Virus record (IMG/VR): IMGVR_UViG_3300021371_000014
Coordinates: 1-63,139 of that record
DNA: 63,139 nt
Direction: 5' to 3' (one strand)
Source of the DNA: a virus
Lineage: Duplodnaviria > Caudoviricetes
Both the position numbers and the translations under genes were made by a program. Each line of letters starts with the position of its first letter. Position 1 is the first letter of the stretch. The notes under the pieces were generated by a model. That model had not been told where the DNA came from, did not search any database, and worked only from the letters and a program-made list of their open reading frames with translations. This document shows, in pieces, positions 56,654-63,139 of this stretch.

Positions 56654-57198
56654 TTACCTATAACCATATATCTTTCATACTTATCCATTTCAAGCGTACC
56701 AGAATATAAGATAGTTTTTAATTTAGTCGATTCAATAAATTCTTCTAAACTATTTTTACAATTAATATGGCCTTCAATACCATGATAATTGTTAGATTGA
56801 AGAGCATACACCGTGTTTGATTGTGAATAATCTAAATCTTTCATATGCTCACATGACGTATTGATTACAGTGTCATATGCAGACCAACGCATCAATGTAG
56901 CGTCACCACAAACATAAGTGCCTTTATTACCAATCACTTTACTAAATGCTTTGGCAAGTCTTAATACTTCTGGGTCTTTATCTACACAATATATTTCAAA
57001 ATCTTTTAGTAAATAAGTGAGTACAGTACAATACCAAGAACCTAAAATCATAATCTTTTTAGGACTATAAATATTAAGTAACTCGTTAACGAGCCACATC
57101 TTACACTGAATTTGATTTTTAGAAAATGATTGCGCAAAATCAGCGTATTCGGTTTCTTTTAAAAGTTTTGATATTGAATAAAGGAATTGCATTTCCAT
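56647..57198 (-). CDS. Class I SAM-dependent methyltransferase
   Basis: CKMWL; ILGSWY; VDKDP; GDA; VINTSCEH; LQSNNY. Confidence 0.75.
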   Translation of the reverse strand: MEMQFLYSISKLLKETEYADFAQSFSKNQIQCKMWLVNELLNIYSPKKIMILGSWYCTVLTYLLKDFEIYCVDKDPEVLRLAKAFSKVIGNKGTYVCGDATLMRWSAYDTVINTSCEHMKDLDYSQSNTVYALQSNNYHGIEGHINCKNSLEEFIESTKLKTILYSGTLEMDKYERYMVIGKC

Positions 57199-58450
57199 GG
57201 TATATTGTCTAGAACCTTACATGACATTTGATCAGCGCGTATTTGGTAATTATGCCGTTTGTTGTAGATCATATCCACTTCCATATACAATTCAAGAGAA
57301 AACTATTGAAGAACATTTTAATTCTGATGAAATGGTTAATCTAAGAAATGAATTTGAAACAAACGCTATAGGTCCTTACACGCAAAAGTATTGTGAAAAA
57401 TGCTTGAATCATGAAACGGCAGGAATACAATCAAGACGACAGTTTAGGCATGAACAATTTGCAAGTACTACTCCGGCCTTCCAAGATCAAGTAAAAAATA
57501 TTATATCACAGTCTAAGCAAAAAGTACACCTTAAATTACAAGATATGCGCTTTTATTCTATAGAGTTTAAAATGTTTGGCAATTTATGTAATTTAAAGTG
57601 TATGATGTGCCATCCTCATCAATCTTCTTCCTTAGCAGTTGACTGGAAAAAGAATGGTAAATGGGATGGGCCGACTCATATTAACAGTTATATGTATATT
57701 GATTCTACAGAGTTTTATCGTGAAATGGATATAATGTTATCAAACACTAATCAGATAAAATTCACTGGAGGCGAGCCTCTTATGAATATGGATATATTAG
57801 ATTTGATATATTATGCCAAAGATAATAATTATGCAAAAGATTTAGAACTCATTATTATAACAAATGGAACAAAAGCTCCATCTAAATTCTTAGAAGTAAT
57901 TCAGCATTTTAAAAGTGTTACGATTAATATATCATGCGATGGTGTATTTGATGTAAATGAATATCAACGAGTTGGATCTAGCTTCAGTGTAATAGATAAA
58001 AATATAGATTTATTTAAGCAATATCCTAACGTTAAAGTTCAGTTAACCTCGGCAATCACTGCAATAAACGTTGGATCAATTGACCAAATTATAGATTATG
58101 CTAATTATAAAAAAATGCATGCAGATGTTACATCGATTGTATTAAAGCCAAAGTGGATTTCTGTATATGTGCTACCTAAGCATATTCGGCAACATTACAT
58201 TAATAAATTGAAATATAAAAACGATCAAGTAATTTCTGCTTTATCATATGATAACGAAGAATATATGAAACTATTTCCTGAATTTATTCAACAACTTCGT
58301 GCAAAAGATAGAAGAGATAATACCGATTTTTTACAAATCATACCGGAATTAAAAGATGAATTACGAAAGACTATTGACATACGGACAATTTATTCCACTG
58401 ACTCTGATTTGCGATCCTATAAAAATATTGACTCAGATATCGACATTTAA
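57197..58450 (+). CDS. Radical SAM protein with N-terminal twitch/SPASM-like Cys cluster
   Basis: CNLKCMMC; FTGGEP; TNGT; ISCDG; N-terminal C...CC...CEKC. Confidence 0.85.
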   Translation: MVYCLEPYMTFDQRVFGNYAVCCRSYPLPYTIQEKTIEEHFNSDEMVNLRNEFETNAIGPYTQKYCEKCLNHETAGIQSRRQFRHEQFASTTPAFQDQVKNIISQSKQKVHLKLQDMRFYSIEFKMFGNLCNLKCMMCHPHQSSSLAVDWKKNGKWDGPTHINSYMYIDSTEFYREMDIMLSNTNQIKFTGGEPLMNMDILDLIYYAKDNNYAKDLELIIITNGTKAPSKFLEVIQHFKSVTINISCDGVFDVNEYQRVGSSFSVIDKNIDLFKQYPNVKVQLTSAITAINVGSIDQIIDYANYKKMHADVTSIVLKPKWISVYVLPKHIRQHYINKLKYKNDQVISALSYDNEEYMKLFPEFIQQLRAKDRRDNTDFLQIIPELKDELRKTIDIRTIYSTDSDLRSYKNIDSDIDI

Positions 58451-58976
58451 ATGGCATCAATATAATAAATCAAAACCAAATAATCCGAGATACGGATTGT
58501 CAGTTACATCTATGGACGGCAAGTTAGATGGAAAAGACTTAGACTCGCTGTATGAACTTAGCATGCGCGAAGGCCTGTTAATTGATGAGTTAGACTTTCG
58601 TACTCCGACAGATGTATATTATAGTTCAAGCGAAGTAAACAAACTATGTCAGCCATTAATGAAGTGGTTAGGCCGTACGCACTTTTTAAATATGAAAAAA
58701 GGTAGTTACTTTCCACCACATCGAGATGATCGTAGTCCAGATGGTCAAGTAGCAATGAGAGTGATAATACCATTATCAAAGTGTAACCCACCGGACAATT
58801 ACTTTATGCTTGATGGTAAACCATTACATTTTGAACACGGCCGAGCTTATTTCATTAATACTAATTTAACGCACTCGGTGTTTTCTTTTGATGATAACTG
58901 TGTTATGATGGTTATGAATGTGGAGTGTTGCAACGAGTCCATGAAAGAACTTATTGGCATGTTTTATAACTTGTGA
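58356..58976 (+). CDS. Fe/2OG oxygenase (Asp beta-hydroxylase-like)
   Basis: RYGLSVTS; GRTHFL..GSYFPPHRD; YFINT...HSVF. Confidence 0.7.
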   Translation: MNYERLLTYGQFIPLTLICDPIKILTQISTFKWHQYNKSKPNNPRYGLSVTSMDGKLDGKDLDSLYELSMREGLLIDELDFRTPTDVYYSSSEVNKLCQPLMKWLGRTHFLNMKKGSYFPPHRDDRSPDGQVAMRVIIPLSKCNPPDNYFMLDGKPLHFEHGRAYFINTNLTHSVFSFDDNCVMMVMNVECCNESMKELIGMFYNL

Positions 58977-59692
58977 ACTTTTTTCCAGCCGTATATTCTA
59001 AAACCGCTTTTAGAATAATCGTGTAAATCATCTAAACCATTAGCTACAAAGTTTATATGTCTTCTAACTATATTATTCTTCCCGCGGGCTTGCGCATGGT
59101 GCCACGCGTTCGGAAGGTTAGGCCAAAATATTGCAATATTATTTGAGTATGGTAAAACTTTGGTTTGAGTTTGTACGCCATTTTCATCGTATGACTCTAA
59201 TACAAAGTTCGAATGTTCATCATGATCATCCGGATGTTTAAAGTAAATCATACCTGTATATATTTTTTTAGGCCCATCAATATGGGTATCTTTAAGTCGT
59301 TCGCCTAATATATCATCTTGTATTGGACTATAACCACCATAGCTAAATTCGTATTTTTCAAATGTTTTAAAATATTCTTCAGGCTTATTATATGTTTCAA
59401 GTAATTTCGGAAGAAGGTGAAATTCTAATAAATCTTTTAATTCTTTTGATTGATCACAGGCCGATATAACATCAATTACTTCGCTTGGAAAATCATTACA
59501 ATCTAATAACTGCTGATAATTTAATTCTTCTCTTACAGTATTTCGAAAACCATCACTTGCGTCTCTTAAATAATTAACTAAAGATTTATTATGCGTTAAT
59601 ACGTCAACAGCTGCCTTATCTCGAATAAAATTTTCGATTATAATATGCGGCCATGGGTTTTCAAAATATATTGCATTTGATAAATTAATCAT
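58964..59692 (-). CDS. Fe(II)/2OG dioxygenase
   Basis: PWPHIIIENF; HIDGPKKIYTGMIY; NAWHH; RRHIN. Confidence 0.75.
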   Translation of the reverse strand: MINLSNAIYFENPWPHIIIENFIRDKAAVDVLTHNKSLVNYLRDASDGFRNTVREELNYQQLLDCNDFPSEVIDVISACDQSKELKDLLEFHLLPKLLETYNKPEEYFKTFEKYEFSYGGYSPIQDDILGERLKDTHIDGPKKIYTGMIYFKHPDDHDEHSNFVLESYDENGVQTQTKVLPYSNNIAIFWPNLPNAWHHAQARGKNNIVRRHINFVANGLDDLHDYSKSGFRIYGWKKVHKL

Positions 59693-60324
59693 ATAAAATC
59701 TCCAAGATTAACTATATCTTTATTTATAAGTATTGACCGACCTTTTGGATGCCAAGCCGAGGCTTGTTTAAAATCTTTTGTAAATACTGTATGTGGCGTT
59801 TCAACTAAACCAGCAATATGAGTATTTGAACCTGGATAGCCATAGTGATGAATTGCATATTTTAAAAGGTGGTGCACCTTTTTAATTGGCATAGTATAAT
59901 CTAAATAAACAACGTCTATGCCTGGCGGGACTTCAATGTCGACCTTTCTCCACTCCTCCCAATCATAACACCGTTCTGCAAATGCAGGTTCAATTTTTTG
60001 AACTGTGATATAGTCGCCGTTGCCAATCCATCTATCTTTAAACTTCCATACCGGAAGTGAACCAGAAAATTTATTAACATCCACCTTTTCCGCGTTACCA
60101 TTAAAATGAATTTTTAGATTATCACCTTCCATTGCATTGTTTAAATATAAAAGGCGTTCAATCACTGATTCGGCGTCTGCGTCTTTATATTTTTCGTAAA
60201 GCTTTTCTTTACCATCGTAATGAATCGATTTATATCCATTCATATACGCATACGATAAAGACCAAACCATGTCACCATAGCCTGGTTTAAATATAGTTTG
60301 AAATCCGGTATTTGATATATTCAT
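59689..60324 (-). CDS. Possible glycosyltransferase (GT9-like)
   Basis: PGYGDMV; YITVQ; HYGYPGSNTHIA. Confidence 0.4.
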   Translation of the reverse strand: MNISNTGFQTIFKPGYGDMVWSLSYAYMNGYKSIHYDGKEKLYEKYKDADAESVIERLLYLNNAMEGDNLKIHFNGNAEKVDVNKFSGSLPVWKFKDRWIGNGDYITVQKIEPAFAERCYDWEEWRKVDIEVPPGIDVVYLDYTMPIKKVHHLLKYAIHHYGYPGSNTHIAGLVETPHTVFTKDFKQASAWHPKGRSILINKDIVNLGDFI

Positions 60325-60803
60325 TTAAATCTATCACTCATTTTTTGTGTCATTTCTACTTTACCATTTTTTTCGACGTCAAATAAAAATGAGACTCTTG
60401 CCCTTGTCCCTCGGTTCCATGCCGAATGCTCCTTTGCATCATTAAATGGAATCAATGTTTTTTCAATATATTCGTATTCACTATTACCAACTTTTAAGTA
60501 TGAATCCTCTGATCCGTATAATGTCATATGATATCTAGTAACTTTTTGCGCATATCCTTCATATCCTTTATGAGGATATATCTCTGCACCAGGATTTAAG
60601 ATTGAAAACCCTGCAATAACGATGTCGTCGGGTAATTCCAAATCATACCGAGATTCGTAATTAAATCTAATAGGAATAAAATTCCATTCACCTTCATAAT
60701 GCCATGTTTCTACCCAACTAGTAGCATTATCTTTTATTGAATCATAGTATGATTTGATTTCATCAAATCGATCAAGAATATTTTTAGGAGTTGTGGTTAC
60801 CAT
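60321..60803 (-). CDS. Aspartyl/asparaginyl beta-hydroxylase family protein
   Basis: AGFSILNPGAEIYPHKG; RYH; FNDAKEHSAWN...R..FLFD. Confidence 0.85.
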   Translation of the reverse strand: MVTTTPKNILDRFDEIKSYYDSIKDNATSWVETWHYEGEWNFIPIRFNYESRYDLELPDDIVIAGFSILNPGAEIYPHKGYEGYAQKVTRYHMTLYGSEDSYLKVGNSEYEYIEKTLIPFNDAKEHSAWNRGTRARVSFLFDVEKNGKVEMTQKMSDRFK

Positions 60804-61296
60804 ACTGCTTTATAAATTCAGTTTTATTTACTTTCCATAAATGCTGATTGCTTTTTCTATAAACAATTGGTTTTACATATTTTAAAATTTTCATATTTTC
60901 CATCATTGGAGCCCATATTTTATGGACTAACCGTTGGCCGCCTTTATTGCTATCGGATGTTGTTATATACATCGGATTATCTTTACAATATTTTACACAT
61001 GTTGTCATTAAATTAATAACAGGATGATATTTTTTAACATAAGTTAGTGTTGGAATAAAAGATTCTTCATAAAAACTTGGTACAATGCACATGCGCGACA
61101 GTATTCTATAACCATCTTCAAATTTGTGTGCAATGCACATGCCTTTAACTAAACCGTTTTTCAGTAATACAAACACTTGGCTATGTAAACGATTATAAGA
61201 ATTATTATCGTTATAGTTCAATTGATTTGCTTCTTGAAAAAAGTCAGTCAAATCAATGTCAGGTGAAAGTGGCTTAACTTGTATAAATGTTTTCAT
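60784..61296 (-). CDS. Hypothetical protein, GNAT-like
   Basis: GMCIAH...YRILSRMC; YITT; start re-assigned to MKTFIQ. Confidence 0.4.
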   Translation of the reverse strand: MKTFIQVKPLSPDIDLTDFFQEANQLNYNDNNSYNRLHSQVFVLLKNGLVKGMCIAHKFEDGYRILSRMCIVPSFYEESFIPTLTYVKKYHPVINLMTTCVKYCKDNPMYITTSDSNKGGQRLVHKIWAPMMENMKILKYVKPIVYRKSNQHLWKVNKTEFIKQYGNHNS

Positions 61297-62074
61297 GCCC
61301 AAAAGCAACTCGATGTAATAATCTATTTTCCATATTTTCAAATGGCCAACGTTTATGTAATGTTAACCATTGCTCTGAAATTACAATATCCCCATTTTGC
61401 CAATCATGATGATAAATATATTTTTCTTGTAAGCAGTGCTCCCATAGCATTTTAGTCATTAATTTAAATTCTAATTTACTTTTACCTACAAATTCAAATA
61501 GTTGAAAATATGGAAACATGAGACCAGTTAATCCTTCTGGATTAGTATGAAGCAATTTTACTTTATTTTTGGTATTTATATGATCATGAAAATATGGTGA
61601 TGTTGAATATCTGCCGGTAGAATATCCACAATACATTTCTATATCTTGAACATATTCTTTTAAATCTGTAGGTAAATCATTATATGCAGCAACCATGTTT
61701 AGCCATGATGTTCGTGAACCAACCGCTCCTTCTAATGCATAAATCCAAATAATTGATTTACGATCCGGATTGGATGGCTGATTAGCGTGCCAGTCTAAAG
61801 CGGTTTTATGTCCAAAGAGACCTTCATTGCCTTTTTCATCTTTTTTACCAGTTACTCTTAAAATACCATCTATTACAGAGATATCTTTAGCTCTGTTAAA
61901 AGTTGGCATAACTTCACCAGCTATTGTACAAATGCGTAGTTCGTTTTCAACAGACACCCTTTGATTTTTAAAAACAACTACTAAATTTGATACTACCTGT
62001 TTAAACATTGCTTTTAGTTCATCATCTGACATTTTATTAATATCATTATCATAAATAATTGGTTTCATAATCAT
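61274..62074 (-). CDS. TauD/TfdA family dioxygenase
   Basis: VVVFKNQ; LDWHAN; GSRTSW.NM..AY.DLP; YHHDWQNGDIVI..QW.TLHKR; LLHR. Confidence 0.85.
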   Translation of the reverse strand: MIMKPIIYDNDINKMSDDELKAMFKQVVSNLVVVFKNQRVSVENELRICTIAGEVMPTFNRAKDISVIDGILRVTGKKDEKGNEGLFGHKTALDWHANQPSNPDRKSIIWIYALEGAVGSRTSWLNMVAAYNDLPTDLKEYVQDIEMYCGYSTGRYSTSPYFHDHINTKNKVKLLHTNPEGLTGLMFPYFQLFEFVGKSKLEFKLMTKMLWEHCLQEKYIYHHDWQNGDIVISEQWLTLHKRWPFENMENRLLHRVAFGHENIYTS

Positions 62075-62111
62075 CTCACTTAAATTACACTATTCTATAT
62101 ATTCAAACTAT

Positions 62112-62119
62112 TATAAATA
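62112..62119 (+). promoter_or_regulatory. Late promoter followed by 5' leader hairpin (62131-62148)
   Basis: TATAAATA; GGGCTCG-TTGG-CGGGTCC. Confidence 0.7.
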
Positions 62120-62173
62120 ATCTACGGCAGGGGCTCGTTGGCGGGTCCGACAAAGAAATCAGGAGAGTATTTC

Positions 62174-62524
62174 ATGGCCGCGTATGAAGAATTTACAATT
62201 GATCAAGGCGCAGATGTAGCGATCGAACTACGTCTCGAAAACGCCGATGGATCCAAAAAAGATTTAAGTGATTATACTGTATCAGCCAAGTTGAAAAAAA
62301 CTTATAAAAGTGCTGATGCGATTGAATTCACTAGTATCATTCCCGATCCAGCAACTGAAGGCGTTGTAACCATTGCATTAACCAATCAGCAAACTGATTC
62401 GCTCAAGCCAGGGCGATACGTTTATGATGTGGAAATTTCATTCGTGGACCCGAGTACTGATAACAATATTGTTGAACGGATACTTGAAGGAAGAATTCAA
62501 ATTTCTCCTTCAGTGACACGATAA
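62174..62524 (+). CDS. Conserved T4-like virion protein (BppU-like Ig fold)
   Basis: AGGAG RBS; IDQGAD; DLSDYT; LKPGRYVYDVEI; RILEG.I..SPSVT. Confidence 0.75.
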   Translation: MAAYEEFTIDQGADVAIELRLENADGSKKDLSDYTVSAKLKKTYKSADAIEFTSIIPDPATEGVVTIALTNQQTDSLKPGRYVYDVEISFVDPSTDNNIVERILEGRIQISPSVTR

Positions 62525-62540
62525 TAAGAAAAAAAGTCAG

Positions 62541-63139
62541 ATGAAATTAAAGCAAAATAATACGATTGTTCGTAGTGTCAAGCTTGGCACACCTATACAA
62601 AACGTTAGAAAAACGATTACGCTAGATTCTGCAGCTGCAATTGCTGCGATCGAAAGCTTAATCGATTCTAACCGTATTCGCGACCTTGTTGATTCTGCAT
62701 ACGTTCAATCAAGACAAAATTATTTAGACTCAAATACAATATCTGCATTCATTGACTCAGCATATATTCAAGTTAGAGATCGTCTCAGAGACTCACTTGA
62801 ATTTCTAGATTCTGCTGAAGTTATTCAATTAATTGATTCTGCATACGTCCAGGCAAGGCAAGACAACCCATTTACACAATTACGCGAAAGTAATGGCAAT
62901 ATCGTATTAAGTGGAGGATTTCTCCCAGATAGCGCTAATGTTTCTTTGGGTTCGCCAACACAACCATTTGCCGAATTGCACTTATCGAGTGGTTCAGTAT
63001 ATCTTGGCAAAAATAAGTTAAGCGTTGATAGCGATAATGATTTTAAAATCGAAACGCAGTCCGGTGATATTGCAAATATTATAGTTGACCACGTTCACTT
63101 TGGATTGCAAAAGAACGATTTAAGATTAGATAGTAACGG
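62541..63139 (+). CDS. Fibre-like virion protein with DSAYVQ repeats, 3'-truncated by the window (not in ORF track)
   Basis: Open to window end: MKLKQNN...LDSAAA...VDSAYVQSRQ...IDSAYIQ...IDSAYVQARQ...LGSPTQPFAELHLS. Confidence 0.75.
   Translation, partial: MKLKQNNTIVRSVKLGTPIQNVRKTITLDSAAAIAAIESLIDSNRIRDLVDSAYVQSRQNYLDSNTISAFIDSAYIQVRDRLRDSLEFLDSAEVIQLIDSAYVQARQDNPFTQLRESNGNIVLSGGFLPDSANVSLGSPTQPFAELHLSSGSVYLGKNKLSVDSDNDFKIETQSGDIANIIVDHVHFGLQKNDLRLDSN

Noticed and set aside
1-63139. CRISPR array, diversity-generating retroelement, integrase or transposase
   Set aside because: No regularly spaced repeats, reverse transcriptase, near-identical template/variable repeat pair or recombinase motif seen by eye; the adhesin paralogs are diverged at DNA level.
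1-63139. Stop-codon reassignment
   Set aside because: Core genes are intact in code 11, TAA/TAG/TGA all end genes, and no suppressor tRNA is present.

Overview
A 63 kb segment of an AT-rich T4-like (myovirus) phage genome; gene content and order resemble marine T4-like phages, and the host cannot be determined from this window. Layout: (1) 1-8.6 kb, virion accessory proteins, putative internal head proteins and a 3TM holin-like gene. (2) 8.7-15.4 kb, class Ia ribonucleotide reductase; nrdA is fused to a glutaredoxin and separated from nrdB by three paralogous adhesin-like genes. (3) 15.5-29.3 kb, DNA metabolism and early genes (GIY-YIG, rnh, pyrimidine-dimer glycosylase, exonuclease, HAD nucleotidase, gp33, gp32), a small late glycosylation cluster, four tRNAs and a structured ncRNA. 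(4) 29.3-53.5 kb, baseplate/tail module (tape measure, gp26/51, 54, 2, 4, 48, 53, 5, 25, 6, 7, 9, 8, a large virion protein, fibres). (5) 53.4-62.1 kb, a dense island of tailoring enzymes (glycosyltransferases, methyltransferase, radical SAM, several Fe/2OG oxygenases, TauD, GNAT-like), after which structural genes resume. Most notable: strong Asp-Ser enrichment in outer virion proteins flanking the tailoring island (a candidate phage-encoded virion modification system); a predicted -1 frameshift joining gp26 to a start-less gp51-like ORF just upstream of the tape measure gene; a modular adhesin family sharing an N-terminal module; the NrdA-Grx fusion; and a tRNA-like/manA-like ncRNA. All calls come from motif recognition and synteny; no database search was run.
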